From Phycisphaerae bacterium (GTDB lineage Bacteria; Planctomycetota; Phycisphaerae; UBA1845): a stretch of 64,000 nucleotides of DNA. How positions within the stretch are numbered: the stretch's first letter is position 1; each line of letters opens with the position of its first letter. Shown here piece after piece: positions 1-10,782 of this stretch. The position numbers were made by a program, and so were the translations under genes. Location: assembly GCA_963666835.2 (NCBI GenBank), contig CAXXGO010000001.1:1376001-1440000 (forward strand). The letters run 5' to 3'. The notes beneath the pieces were generated by a model. That model saw nothing but the letters and a program-made list of their open reading frames with translations, had not been told where the DNA came from and searched no databases.

Positions 1-2634
1 ATTTGTGAGGCGATTGACTACGCTCACCAGCGCGGCGTCATGCACCGCGACCTGAAACCCTCGAATATCCTGGTCGACCGAGAGGGCAACCCTAAGATCC
101 TGGACTTCGGCCTCGCCAAGATTACGGATGCGGACATCGCGGTGACGACGGTGGCCACCGGGATTGACCGGATTCTGGGGACCTTGCCGTACATGAGCCC
201 GGAGCAGGCCCGGGGCGACGTCAGCGAGATCGATCTGCGCAGTGATGTGTATTCGCTAGGGGTGATTCTCTACGAACTCCTGACCGAGCAACTGCCGTAC
301 GATGTGAGTGGGGCGATGTTGCACGATGCCGTTCGCGTCATTTGCGAAGAGCCGCTGCGGCGTCCCAGCTCCGTCCGGCGAGCGCTGCGGGGCGATCTGG
401 AGACGATCACCATCAAGGCCCTGGCGAAGGAGCCTCAGCGTCGTTATCAGAACGCCGCGGCGCTTGGCGAGGACCTTGAGCGCTACCTGACCAGCCAGCC
501 GATCCTGGCCAGGCCACCAAGTGTAACGTACGAACTTCGCAAGCTTGTCGGTCGGCACAGAGTACCGGCTGCGTTTGCAGTTGCGCTGTTTGCGGTGGTG
601 GTTGGGTTCGGGGTCTGGATGAGTCTGCTTTATGCCCGGGCGGAGGCGTTAAGGGTCGAAGCCGTTGCGGCCAGGGCGGAAACCCAGAAGCGTGCCGAGG
701 AACTGAAGACCGTCACGAGTTTCCAGGCTTCGGTTCTCAGCGGGATCGACGTAGAGCAGATGGGCCAACGCGTCCTTGACGATCAGCGTGCGCGGATTCG
801 TGAAAGCGCTGTGCGCGAAGGGGCGACGGATGAGCGAATCGACATTACCTTGTCGTCGTTTGACCTGATTGTACGAAGAATCAACCCGACGGATATGGCG
901 CGCAGGATTGTGGAGGAGAACGTGCTCGTGAGGGCCGTATCAGCGATCGAAGAGGAGTTTGCCGAGCAGCCGGTGATTCGAGCCGGCCTACTGCAGACGC
1001 TTGCGGATACGTATCGCGAACTCGCCATGTCTGAGCCCGCCATGCCGCTGCAGTCGGCGGCACTCGATACGCTTCGCCAGGAGAAGGGCGACGATCACGC
1101 GGATACGATGACTGCGATCGGGCAGATGGGTGTCGTGCTCGAGTCGCTGGGCGAGCATGCCGAAGCCGAGAAGTACTACCGCGAGTTGCTTGAACGACGC
1201 TGCCGGGTGCTGGGCGACGAACACCCCGGGACGCTGATTGCAGTCAGTAATCTGGGCCATCTGCTGCTATCGGCAGGCAGGCTTGCGGAGGCCGAGCCGT
1301 ATTGCCGTAAGGCATTGGCGGGACGCCGCCAAGTCCTGGGCGATGCCCATCCGGACACCCTGTCGTCCATCAACAACATGGGGCTCCTTCTGCACGTGAT
1401 GGGCAGATACGCTGAGGCCGAGCAGTACTACCGGGAGTCGCTGGAGGGCAGAACCCGGGTTTTGGGAGCAGATCACGCGCAGACGTTGGCAGCGACGGTC
1501 AGCCTGGCGGTCCTCATGCAGACCACAGGAAGGTTCGCCGAAGCCGAGTCGTGTCTCCGCAAGGCCGTGGAGGGTCTTCGCCGCGCATGGGGAAACGACA
1601 ACTCACAAACGCTCACCGCGATCAACAACCTGGGCGTGTTGCTTAAGAAAATGGGGAGGTACGCCGAGGCCGAGTCGTATCTGAGAGAAGCACTTGAAGG
1701 CCGGAGACGCCTATACGGAGACGATAATCCGGACACGCTGGCCGTGATCGGCAATATGGGTACGTTGCTTGATGCCATGGGCAAACTCGGCGAGGCCGAG
1801 CAGTACTCCCGCGAAGTGCTCGAAGGCTGCCGGCGCGTGTTGGGCGACGAACATTCCCACACGCTCACCGCAATCAGTAATAGAGGGAGGCTGCTGCAAT
1901 CGATGGGCCGATACGCCGAATCTGAGGAATACTTCCGCGAGGCGTTGGAGGGCAGGCAACGTGTGCTTGGGGACGATCACCGAGACACGCTGGCGTCGTT
2001 TCTCAATCTTGCCTCCGCGTTCAAAGAGCTGGGTGAATTCGGTGAAGCTGAGGCTTACTACCGCAAAGCGCTCGAAGGTACACGGCGTGTCTTGGGTGAC
2101 GACCACATTCAGACGTTGGTCACCTGCAACAGCTTGGCTCTGCTGCTTGACCTGATGGATAGGCCGGGCGAGGCCGAACCATTCGTGCGCGAGAGCCTCA
2201 ATGGCTGCCGCCGCACAATGGGGGAGGATCACGTTCGGACTCTGATCTCGCTCAACACACTGGGTCGAGTGTTGCGGAGCCTGGGCCGTCTGGACGACGC
2301 GGAAGCAGCCGGTGCCGAAGCGGTGGAGCGCGCCCGCCGGGCTCTTCCCCAGGGGCACTGGTATCTCGGTATCTTCCTACAAGATTATGGTAAGACGCTG
2401 GCGAAGCTCGGGCGGTACGATGAAGCCGAGACTGCACTGCTGGAAGCGCATGCTACTTTTGATCGCGCGTTTGGCTCAGACCACGCCAGAACCACGAAGG
2501 CGGTGGATGCGTTGATTGACCTGTACGACGCATGGCATCAGGCCGAGCCGAACGCCGGCCACGATGCCAACGCCGCCCAATGGCGGTCGAGGGGCGACCA
2601 CGCACCGCCATCCCATCGCGGATGCACGCATTAG
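1..2634 (+). CDS. Ser/Thr protein kinase with a transmembrane helix and long TPR array (5'-partial)
   Basis: HRDLKPSN, DFGLAK, GTLPYMSPEQ and DVYSLG kinase motifs. Hydrophobic segment AAFAVALFAVVVGFGVWMSLL followed by many 42-aa 'LGDDHPDTL..NNLG' TPR-type repeats. Frame is open to the window start. Confidence 0.93.
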   Translation: MCEAIDYAHQRGVMHRDLKPSNILVDREGNPKILDFGLAKITDADIAVTTVATGIDRILGTLPYMSPEQARGDVSEIDLRSDVYSLGVILYELLTEQLPYDVSGAMLHDAVRVICEEPLRRPSSVRRALRGDLETITIKALAKEPQRRYQNAAALGEDLERYLTSQPILARPPSVTYELRKLVGRHRVPAAFAVALFAVVVGFGVWMSLLYARAEALRVEAVAARAETQKRAEELKTVTSFQASVLSGIDVEQMGQRVLDDQRARIRESAVREGATDERIDITLSSFDLIVRRINPTDMARRIVEENVLVRAVSAIEEEFAEQPVIRAGLLQTLADTYRELAMSEPAMPLQSAALDTLRQEKGDDHADTMTAIGQMGVVLESLGEHAEAEKYYRELLERRCRVLGDEHPGTLIAVSNLGHLLLSAGRLAEAEPYCRKALAGRRQVLGDAHPDTLSSINNMGLLLHVMGRYAEAEQYYRESLEGRTRVLGADHAQTLAATVSLAVLMQTTGRFAEAESCLRKAVEGLRRAWGNDNSQTLTAINNLGVLLKKMGRYAEAESYLREALEGRRRLYGDDNPDTLAVIGNMGTLLDAMGKLGEAEQYSREVLEGCRRVLGDEHSHTLTAISNRGRLLQSMGRYAESEEYFREALEGRQRVLGDDHRDTLASFLNLASAFKELGEFGEAEAYYRKALEGTRRVLGDDHIQTLVTCNSLALLLDLMDRPGEAEPFVRESLNGCRRTMGEDHVRTLISLNTLGRVLRSLGRLDDAEAAGAEAVERARRALPQGHWYLGIFLQDYGKTLAKLGRYDEAETALLEAHATFDRAFGSDHARTTKAVDALIDLYDAWHQAEPNAGHDANAAQWRSRGDHAPPSHRGCTH

Positions 2635-2731
2635 CGCCCTTGCCGGCGATTACGACCCGGCACTTGACCCGCGTTGCCGAGCCTGGGACACTCATCGGGC
2701 CTTTTCCGGGAAGAGAGGAGTGTCGCAAGAG

Positions 2732-4252
2732 ATGAGTATTCAACCTCATTCGCTGCCGGCGTCGGCGTTGACGGCGCTTACGGAAGCGGCGGCGGCGATC
2801 AACTCCACTCTCGAACTCGACGCCCTCTTGTCGACCATCGCCCGGCTGGCGTGCACGGTAACGCGCGGCGAGGCCAGCAGCGTTCTCACTCTGGACCCTT
2901 TGCGAAACCAACTGGTTGTCGTGGCCGTCACGGGGCGATGGCGGGATGCTCTGGTCGGCCAAGAGCTGGACGCGAGCATGGGGATTCCCGGGCATGTCGT
3001 GCGAACGGCCAGCCCGATCCTGGCAGTAGATGCCCAGAAGCACCCCAAGTTTCGGCGCGAGATCGATGATCTGGGCAGCATCCGGACTCGCTCGCTGGTT
3101 GCGGCACCGATGATCCACCGTTCCGAAGTTGTCGGCGTGGTGGAAGTGGTCAACCGCCGTGACGAGCAGGACTTCGACAGCACCGACCTGAAGATCCTCC
3201 AGATCTTCGCCACGTTGGCCGTCACGGCGACCCAGAACGCCCGCGCCCATCAGAACCTCAAACAACGCTTCGCCGGCTTGCGCGATTCCGTGATGAAGCG
3301 AACGTCGATAATTGGTGAGTCTCCGCTGTGGAAGGAAACGCTCAGCCTATGCGACCGGGTTGCCCGCAGCAGCGCCACGGTGATTCTGCTCGGCGAGACC
3401 GGGACAGGCAAGGAGCTGACCGCCCGGTTCATTCATAACATCTCGCGCCGTAAGGAAGAGACCTTCGTGGCGGTCAACTGTGCCGCGCTGCCCGAGACCT
3501 TGCTGGAGAGTGAACTCTTCGGGCACGAGAAGGGCTCGTTCACCGGAGCGCACGCGCAACGACGCGGCTGGTTCGAGGTAGCCCACGGAGGGACGTTGTT
3601 TCTGGACGAGATCGGCGAAGTCAGCCGTGCCATGCAAGCCAAGTTGCTCCGGGTGCTCCAAGAGAAGTGCATTATTCGCGTCGGGGGGACTAGGCCGATA
3701 CCCTGCGACACGCGGATCATCGCGGCCACCAACCGCAATCTCAAGAACATGATGATCGATGGCCTGTTCCGGGAGGATCTGTTCTACCGGCTCAGCGTTT
3801 TTCCGATTCACCTGCCGCCCCTGCGAGAACGGCGTGACGACATCCCTCTCTTCGTCGACCACTTCGTTGCTCCGGCCATCCGCGACTGCAATATCCGCGA
3901 CTTGCGAGTTGCTCCTGAGACCCTGGCGCTTCTTCAGCATTACGACTGGCCGGGAAACATCCGTGAACTTCAGAATGTGATAGAACGATCGGTGCTGATG
4001 TCGGATGGCGAAGTGCTTCTGCCGTGTCATCTGCCCTCCGATATTGCGGTGGCGGCGCAGAGTGGTGATCCGGACAGCGATGGCTCGATGCTGTCCCGCC
4101 AAGAGCGAACTCTGATCATTAAGGCTCTGGAAGAGAATGACTGGAATCAGTCCCAGGCGGCCCGTGCCTTGGGCATCAGCCGCTACCACATGCGCCATCG
4201 GATAAAGAAGTACGGAATCCACCGCCCCTCCGACGAACCTGCCGGTGAATAG
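2732..4252 (+). CDS. GAF-domain sigma54-dependent enhancer-binding transcriptional activator (Fis-type HTH)
   Basis: N-terminal GAF, Walker A GETGTGKE, ESELFGHEKGSFTGA, Walker B FLDEIG, WPGNIRELQN and C-terminal HTH. ATG 2732 follows GAGGAG. Confidence 0.93.
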   Translation: MSIQPHSLPASALTALTEAAAAINSTLELDALLSTIARLACTVTRGEASSVLTLDPLRNQLVVVAVTGRWRDALVGQELDASMGIPGHVVRTASPILAVDAQKHPKFRREIDDLGSIRTRSLVAAPMIHRSEVVGVVEVVNRRDEQDFDSTDLKILQIFATLAVTATQNARAHQNLKQRFAGLRDSVMKRTSIIGESPLWKETLSLCDRVARSSATVILLGETGTGKELTARFIHNISRRKEETFVAVNCAALPETLLESELFGHEKGSFTGAHAQRRGWFEVAHGGTLFLDEIGEVSRAMQAKLLRVLQEKCIIRVGGTRPIPCDTRIIAATNRNLKNMMIDGLFREDLFYRLSVFPIHLPPLRERRDDIPLFVDHFVAPAIRDCNIRDLRVAPETLALLQHYDWPGNIRELQNVIERSVLMSDGEVLLPCHLPSDIAVAAQSGDPDSDGSMLSRQERTLIIKALEENDWNQSQAARALGISRYHMRHRIKKYGIHRPSDEPAGE

Positions 4253-4354
4253 GCACCTCCCCAGCATCGCCGGTCCGGCGCAAGTCGGTTAACATGGCGG
4301 ACGCCTGGGGTGCGGTTCTGCGCCTTGGGGACGTTGCCTGTAGAGGTCTCCGCT

Positions 4355-5584
4355 GTGTGGAAGAAGTACATCGAACTGCCGCGACCGATCCACATTCTGT
4401 GCCTGGGGACGTTCGTCAACCGGGCCGGATCGATGCTCGTGCCGCTCATGGCAATGTACCTTCAGCAAGAGTTGGAGCTCGGGGCGATGTTCGCCACGAC
4501 GGCCATGGGAGCCTTCGGGCTCGGTGCACTTATAGCGGCCGCAATCGGCGGATTCCTGGCGGACCACCTCGGTCGCCGACGGGTGATGCTGGTGAGCTTG
4601 TTCGGCAGCGCGGCGGTCATTCTGGTGTTCGGCACGTTGAAGTCACCTCCGGCGATCCTGGTCGCTTCGGCCGTTTTCGCTCTGGTCACGGAGATGTACC
4701 GCCCGGCTGCCTCGGCGATGATCGCCGATCTTGCCGAGCCAATCGTCCGCAATCATGCTTTCGGCCTGATGTACTTCTCAATCAACCTGGGCTTTTGCGT
4801 GGGTCCGATGATTGGCGGCGCACTTGCCGTCTATTCATACCGCTGGATCTTCTGGGGTGACGCTCTAACGACCCTGATCTACGCCGTCATCATTCTGATC
4901 TTCATCAAAGAAACGCTGCCGATGCGGTCGGGACCAATCAACTCCTCTACGCCGGACGACGGGAGCTTGGATCGGGGAGGGGAGACCCACTCTCCGGCGG
5001 ATATTGGGGTCCTACCCGCGATCCGGCGAATCGCTACGGACGCGCCCTTTGTGGGGTTCTGCTTGGCCACTTTTATCCTCGCGGCGGTTATCACCCAGGG
5101 TCTGTCGACCTTCCCGCTCCATCTGTTGGATCGCGGCATGGGGCCGGATGTGTACGGGCGGATCATTGCCGTGAACGGTGCGCTGATCGTGTGTCTGCAA
5201 CTGCCGGCGACGGCGATGCTCGCGCGGCTGCAACGGAGCACGGCCATGATCGGCGGGGCGGTCCTCTTCGCTGTCGGATTCGGTCTGACCGGCTTGGCCG
5301 ACACGGCGCCGGAGTATGCCTTGACGGTTGTGGTCTGGACCTGCGGGGAGATTATGATTGCCCCGTTGTCTCCGGCGATCGTGACGGATCTTGCTCCGGT
5401 CGAGATGCGGGGGAGATATATGGGTGTTTTCACGATGTCCTTCTCGGGAGCCATGATGGTCGGCGCACCGGTTGGGGGATTCGTGCTGGCCCGATTCGGC
5501 AGTCCCTGGGTGTGGGGGGGCTGTTTCGCGGTGTCGATGGTCGCCGCTGGTTTGCTCTGGTGCCTGCGGCGAAAGCTGCGCTAG
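4355..5584 (+). CDS. MFS transporter
   Basis: About 12 hydrophobic segments and MFS motif A GGFLADHLGRRR. GTG start at 4355 chosen after GAGG. Confidence 0.9.
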   Translation: MWKKYIELPRPIHILCLGTFVNRAGSMLVPLMAMYLQQELELGAMFATTAMGAFGLGALIAAAIGGFLADHLGRRRVMLVSLFGSAAVILVFGTLKSPPAILVASAVFALVTEMYRPAASAMIADLAEPIVRNHAFGLMYFSINLGFCVGPMIGGALAVYSYRWIFWGDALTTLIYAVIILIFIKETLPMRSGPINSSTPDDGSLDRGGETHSPADIGVLPAIRRIATDAPFVGFCLATFILAAVITQGLSTFPLHLLDRGMGPDVYGRIIAVNGALIVCLQLPATAMLARLQRSTAMIGGAVLFAVGFGLTGLADTAPEYALTVVVWTCGEIMIAPLSPAIVTDLAPVEMRGRYMGVFTMSFSGAMMVGAPVGGFVLARFGSPWVWGGCFAVSMVAAGLLWCLRRKLR

Positions 5585-5745
5585 CCTGCATTGTCCATAC
5601 AAGCGGACTATGCGCTGTGAGGCAATGTGGCGCCAGGGCATACTCTGGGCGTCGAAGCGCGCAGTGTTACCGTGATGCCGCCGACAGGCGGTGGCGCTGC
5701 AGAAAGTCACGCGTGTTTATACGAACGGCATGAATAATCCAGGCT
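5583..5745. mobile_element. Putative degenerate MITE (163 bp) with 18-bp imperfect terminal inverted repeats
   Basis: AGCCTGCATTGTCCATAC (5583-5600) matches the reverse complement of GCATGAATAATCCAGGCT (5728-5745) at 14/18 positions. The left end overlaps the MFS stop codon. Confidence 0.45.
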
Positions 5746-5755
5746 GGGCGGGTTC

Positions 5756-5784
5756 TTGACCTTGGAAGCGTTCCCGGGTAGCGT
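5756..5784 (+). promoter_or_regulatory. sigma70-like promoter of tRNA-Ser
   Basis: TTGACC-17 nt-TAGCGT, about 55 nt upstream of the tRNA. Confidence 0.5.
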
Positions 5785-5837
5785 CCGGGGCTTACACGGT
5801 TGCGCGGCGGATTAGCCCGGACCGTGACTGAGCCCAT

Positions 5838-5978
<141 letters not shown>

Positions 5979-6284
5979 TTCTTGAGGACCCCGTTTGTGC
6001 TTAAGAGGTTTTCCGGCATGTCTAGATAGGACGGGGAATAGTGCCGTTGAATCGGGCGGGTCAGCATCAAATGTTGCGGGCAGCAATACTGGATTCGCTA
6101 CCGGCAGGGCTGGCAACCTTGCTGACCCGGCGGGACCTACCGAAGCGAGGCTCGGAGCCCGGCAACCGAAGTCATCCAATCGTCCGGCCGCGTCTTTGAT
6201 CTTGGTACGGACAGCCAGCATGATCCTCCTCGGAGCGACGTCACCAGCGTCCAATGCGCGATTGCCCGTGGGGAATGGGCGACT

Positions 6285-8792
6285 TCATCGCCGAACGATA
6301 CGTATCTGGACCGGCAACCGATCTTCTGTCGCAAGGTCCTCGATGATGCTGAACTTCCACTCGCCTACGTAGAGCACGTACTCGCTCGTTTTCGACCTTG
6401 TACTCGTCGTGACTCCACCCGATTCGATGTAGGACTCCCAGCCGTTCGGTACCCGGCCCCCGCCTTCACGCTCCTTCCAGCGGACCTCCTGCTGAACGAA
6501 GGGCCGTTCGCCCCATCGCGTTTTAAGGCCGCTGGCCGTCCTCTGTTCGGCCATTCCTCTGTCTCGTACACACCAAACAGCGACAGCCTTCTGATTAGGA
6601 AGCTGGAACGTGTAACCATCACCTGCAACCATGTCGAAGTTCACCGCGTAGGGGGTTTGGTCTTGAGCGACGGTGACATCGCGTACGCCGTGAGCCGGCC
6701 GGATGCCACGTATGACAAGACAGTTCCGGTCTACATCCCAATCAAGCCGCTCCTTGTTCCTCTCGTACCATCGCTTCATCTCCTCGATCTGCCGGTCTCG
6801 GCTTGCTTGATCCATGCTGGGGTTGAAGATGCTGCCATCGATCCGGAAAGGACGTTCCCTGAATTGGAGGTCCTTTTCACTGCGTAGTTCGAAGAACGCC
6901 TTGGCGGCCAAATCCCTGATGCGCTGCGTCTGACCGTTGAACACGTGGTTGGTCTCACTCATGCGGTCCATGGCAGCCACGAGAACCTCCGCCACCTCCA
7001 CGCTGCCTACCAACGCTCGTTGATCGTCTCCGTAGGAGTATCCCACGATACCGTCACGAATGAACTCCAACGTTTCCGCCGCTCGTTCCGGTTCGGCACG
7101 CAAGACCACGCGACGAAGGGCCGCGATTGCCTCGTCCGTTTTGCTGTGCATCAGGAACCAGACCGGTGCGTCCCAGTTACCGTAGGCTGGAATCTCTGCC
7201 TCGACGAAGGAGACGGCGACCGGTACACCCGATTTGTCACCCAGCTCCCAGAGCGCAATCGCTGCTCGTATGCGATCCGATGGCTCCTCGGCAGTGTTCA
7301 TGACCTTCTTGATCGCTGGGATCGCCGACATGTCCTTGAACTTGGCGATGACCTCGCACAATTCACCCTGCTGGAATGGCCCCACAGTCTCCAGACGTGG
7401 CAGAAGCACCGTGACCGGGCGAGTGTCGTTCTTCCTGGCGAAGTACTCGGCTGCTGTCACCCAGTCTTCGAAGCGGCTGCTTGAGAAGAAGTTCATCATC
7501 CGATCGTCAGGGGATAAGTCCTTCGTTTCGTTGTACCACTGCCTTATCTCATCCTTCGCAGCCTGCTTCTCCCCTGGCTCCATCATGCTGAAGGTGAACC
7601 CGGCAGCCGGCTCGTAGCCGAACTCCCGACCCGACGTGTCGCGGAGGATGTGCCAGGCGAAGTCGGAGACGCGCCACACGAGTCGGCTGTGATGGAAGTC
7701 GCGCCAGTGATAGACCGTCCGCGTAGGCCGATCGTCGTCGAGCGCCGCCAGCAGCGCAGGAACGGCTGCATAACCGAGCTGCATCAGATGAGTCGACGGC
7801 GTGTCCTCGGACGGTCGGTCTCCGTCGATGACGACATACGGATGGATCGGCCCCGGCTGCGAGAGTTGTGGGCATTTCAGATCGATAAGCTGCTCAATGG
7901 ACGCCGCTACCATTGTCGCGTTTCCTTGCTCGGGTTTGCCAACGGTGTCTGCTGTTTGTGCTCTCGAGGCAATGATCTGTTCCAATTGTCGCAACAGCTC
8001 AGACGCAGCCTCTGCATGTTTGGACTCGGGAGCCAGCTTGGCAGCAAGACGAAGGTGAGGGATCACGTGCTCTCGATCAGCGTACATTAAGAGGTTAACG
8101 CCGCGCAGATAATGTAGCCAAGCAAGATCTTCAAACGCAGCTTCGCCGAACGCTGCGATGTCGCCGTTGTACGCGGGATGAACGCTGATAATCGGTACAA
8201 CCTGATCCGCCAACCCCCGTTTCCAGGCTGCGTGAGCGACGAGCAGGTGAGAGGAAGGGCCGGGTTCATAAAGGCGGATGCGCACATGATCCTCGTCCGA
8301 GTTTCGCTCGATAAGGGCTCTGCACGACTCGGCGAAGCTCACCTCGCAAGTTGACTTCAAGCGGACGGTGTCCGGGTGCCAGCTGGACGGCCGGATCGTC
8401 GGTTTGTTCTTCAGATAGACCCACGGCAACAAGTCGTCCATCAAAGTGGTTACGGAGGTATCGTCCTCCGCAATCAGCCAGCCGGTCTGTGCTCCTCGAT
8501 CAAACGTGAGCTCGACGAACTTGGCCGTCTTAACCTTGTCGCGGCCTAGCGTGTCGAGACGTCGGAAGAGCTGCTCAATCGCAGTTGGGATGGAAGTTGG
8601 AGGTTGCTCGGACACGGGTATTAAGGCGTTCGTGTCTTTTTTGGGAGGGTTGCCCGTTCCGCCACTATGGACCTCCCCGCCCAAGGTACACGGAGCCCAC
8701 AGCGGAGAGATGAGTACGACGCTGAGCGCGAGCCGAGTACTCGATAGTGGGGCCGACTGAGAAAAACCTGCAACGAGTCGATCATTTGCCAT
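6285..8792 (-). CDS. Large hypothetical, probably exported protein with HEAT-like repeats (sole cargo of the tRNA islet)
   Basis: 835-aa ORF with strong RBS AAGGAGG and a hydrophobic N-terminus. HEAT-like segments such as LGYAAVPALLAALDD and RIRAAIALWELGDKSGVP. Confidence 0.75.
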   Translation of the reverse strand: MANDRLVAGFSQSAPLSSTRLALSVVLISPLWAPCTLGGEVHSGGTGNPPKKDTNALIPVSEQPPTSIPTAIEQLFRRLDTLGRDKVKTAKFVELTFDRGAQTGWLIAEDDTSVTTLMDDLLPWVYLKNKPTIRPSSWHPDTVRLKSTCEVSFAESCRALIERNSDEDHVRIRLYEPGPSSHLLVAHAAWKRGLADQVVPIISVHPAYNGDIAAFGEAAFEDLAWLHYLRGVNLLMYADREHVIPHLRLAAKLAPESKHAEAASELLRQLEQIIASRAQTADTVGKPEQGNATMVAASIEQLIDLKCPQLSQPGPIHPYVVIDGDRPSEDTPSTHLMQLGYAAVPALLAALDDDRPTRTVYHWRDFHHSRLVWRVSDFAWHILRDTSGREFGYEPAAGFTFSMMEPGEKQAAKDEIRQWYNETKDLSPDDRMMNFFSSSRFEDWVTAAEYFARKNDTRPVTVLLPRLETVGPFQQGELCEVIAKFKDMSAIPAIKKVMNTAEEPSDRIRAAIALWELGDKSGVPVAVSFVEAEIPAYGNWDAPVWFLMHSKTDEAIAALRRVVLRAEPERAAETLEFIRDGIVGYSYGDDQRALVGSVEVAEVLVAAMDRMSETNHVFNGQTQRIRDLAAKAFFELRSEKDLQFRERPFRIDGSIFNPSMDQASRDRQIEEMKRWYERNKERLDWDVDRNCLVIRGIRPAHGVRDVTVAQDQTPYAVNFDMVAGDGYTFQLPNQKAVAVWCVRDRGMAEQRTASGLKTRWGERPFVQQEVRWKEREGGGRVPNGWESYIESGGVTTSTRSKTSEYVLYVGEWKFSIIEDLATEDRLPVQIRIVRR

Positions 8793-9164
8793 CGGTGAGC
8801 CTCCTTGGTGGCATATACGAGATTATACGCATTCCAGCCGCCGTAGGTCGCGCGACTCGTACGGATATATCTGAATCCATCGGCCCGGCCGTTGCGCGCG
8901 GTCGGGGTCACGTGGGGGCGTCTGATGAACTTCGTTGAGGATCGGTGGATCACTGGGGAGGGCTTGCAGTGCGGTCGATCACGGCGGCGCGCCGGTCTCT
9001 TGGACGCACTTCGTCCACACGGGGAGCTGCACATCCGCAATTCGAGATCCCGTGCGATACCGAAAACAGGCGCGGTGACAGTCACCTAAACCATTGTGAG
9101 GAAGGGCTTTGTGTGCAAGCGCCGGGACCCCTCAGAGGCTCATAGATCGGCGGCCCCTGGGATG

Positions 9165-9227
9165 CCCGCCCTCTCCGTTGCATGAACCCCGACGAATCGT
9201 AAGTCTATGATTCGTCGGGGTTTATGT
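9165..9227 (+). repeat. 63-bp direct repeat copy 2 (att-like)
   Basis: CCCGCCCTCTCCGTTGCATGAACCCCGACGAATCGTAAGTCTATGATTCGTCGGGGTTTATGT is identical to 5916-5978. Confidence 0.92.
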
Positions 9228-9324
9228 CTGTAGGCGGCGGCGTCCTTGCCTCATCGCGAGTTCGCCGGTTACGCCGTTTTGCCCGCTCCCGCTGGATCTC
9301 AACAATGCTCGCAGTCGGCACGGG

Positions 9325-10389
9325 TCAAGCAACGCTTACGCGCCGCTGCCGAGTAAAGGCAATGGTCCCGGCCGTCAGGGCCACAAGAGTCATCGCCAGC
9401 ATTCCCCACTCCGAGACCGCGGGGACCGGGTCCGGCATCGCGGCCACGCGGAAGCCGGCGGCCTCCCATTCGTCGAGCGGATCCCGCGAGAACCGCGCGT
9501 TTGCGATCATGTAGTTGTCAAAGTCCACAAACGACGCCCCGCGCCGGCAGCGATTGGACCCCGTAACGATGTTCTCCTGCCACTCCTGGACGTTGCCGTT
9601 CTGGTCGTACAGGCCGTAAGGGCTGGTCGAGGGCTTGGCGGAGTATGCTCCCACGGCGGTCGTACCGTACGGCGGGCCCACAATACTGCCGCTGAGATCG
9701 TCGTACAACGCCGACCCGTTGACCATGTCGGTTCCGGGCGGTGCCTCACGTGTCGGTATCGTGTCACTCTGCGTAGCGTAATCCCAATACCCCGCGTCCG
9801 TTCCACCTCCTTTGTAGTACGCCGCTTTGTACCACTCGTCTTCCGTGGGCAGAAAGACGCGGGCGCCGGGCTTACGCACAACGCTCGCGCCAAGCGACAT
9901 GTCATACGCGCCGTCTTCGGTGGTGGACGCATCCTGTGCTCCGACGGGCTGCCCGTTGTGCATCCAGTTGGCGAAGCGTAACGTATCGTAGTAGCTCACC
10001 AGGTTGACCGGTCGGACCAGCCAGTTGGTATCTCCGTTCTTCGGCCCGTACACGTAAGGATCGCCCACCGTGCCCGAGCCGGTTCGGGCGATCCCGCCAA
10101 TCGGAATAGTGCCCATGTTCGTATTGTACAGGCCGTTCGGATCTCCCACCGCGGCAACCGCGTTAAGAAACGCGACGTACTGCCCGTTGGTTACCTCGTA
10201 CTTGCCGATCAAGTACTCGTAATCGACGGCGCCGCAGATGGCCTCGACGTAACCGACTCCGCTCAACTCGCCGGTGTTTCCCACATCGCCAACAGTGGCC
10301 CATTCCATGGTGATGTCGGCGTTTGCCGCCGGACCGACACCGATAGCCGAGAACACTCCTACGATCATCATGAACTTGCGGAACTGCAT
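9325..10389 (-). CDS. Secreted FGE-sulfatase/SUMF1-domain protein with IPTL-CTERM-like sorting tail
   Basis: Signal peptide; IGKYEVTNGQY, LPTEDEWYKAAY, PYGLYDQNGNVQEW and GFRVA motifs. C-terminus VPAVSEWG + hydrophobic helix + RQRR. Confidence 0.88.
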   Translation of the reverse strand: MQFRKFMMIVGVFSAIGVGPAANADITMEWATVGDVGNTGELSGVGYVEAICGAVDYEYLIGKYEVTNGQYVAFLNAVAAVGDPNGLYNTNMGTIPIGGIARTGSGTVGDPYVYGPKNGDTNWLVRPVNLVSYYDTLRFANWMHNGQPVGAQDASTTEDGAYDMSLGASVVRKPGARVFLPTEDEWYKAAYYKGGGTDAGYWDYATQSDTIPTREAPPGTDMVNGSALYDDLSGSIVGPPYGTTAVGAYSAKPSTSPYGLYDQNGNVQEWQENIVTGSNRCRRGASFVDFDNYMIANARFSRDPLDEWEAAGFRVAAMPDPVPAVSEWGMLAMTLVALTAGTIAFTRQRRVSVA

Positions 10390-10593
10390 TTCCATTCTCC
10401 TTACCGGATGTGACACGCGCATCAGCGCGCGTTTCGTACCGCTGCGATGGTCCCATTTTGGCCGCACCGCACTCTTGGCGCAAGACGAACAATATGCGTC
10501 GAAGCGCGAAGCCCTCTTTGACGGAACCACCGCTCCCGAGCAATCCCCCTGCAGATTTGGTTTGAGACCATTCTAGCTAAACCACGGGCGGTT

Positions 10594-10610
10594 TGCAAGA
10601 ATATCTTGCA
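10594..10610. promoter_or_regulatory. Palindromic candidate operator between divergent genes
   Basis: TGCAAGA-ATA-TCTTGCA, a perfect 7-3-7 inverted repeat. Confidence 0.3.
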
Positions 10611-10782
10611 GTCGGCCAGCGAGTGCATGCACCTGATCGCCGGCCGCTACTGGGGTACGGTTCGACCATCGCGGCCGAAGGCGTTACGTTCTTGGCCAGG
10701 TGGAATCGCCGGTCCTGCCACGACGTGGCGAGGTTTCGTTGTTATCCTCGCGCGGCTGGCATAGCTTCCAAGGAGTGGTTGA

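Noticed and set aside
8793..9164. Integrase or excisionase in the tRNA islet
   Set aside because: No tyrosine- or serine-recombinase motifs in any listed frame here or in 5979-6284.
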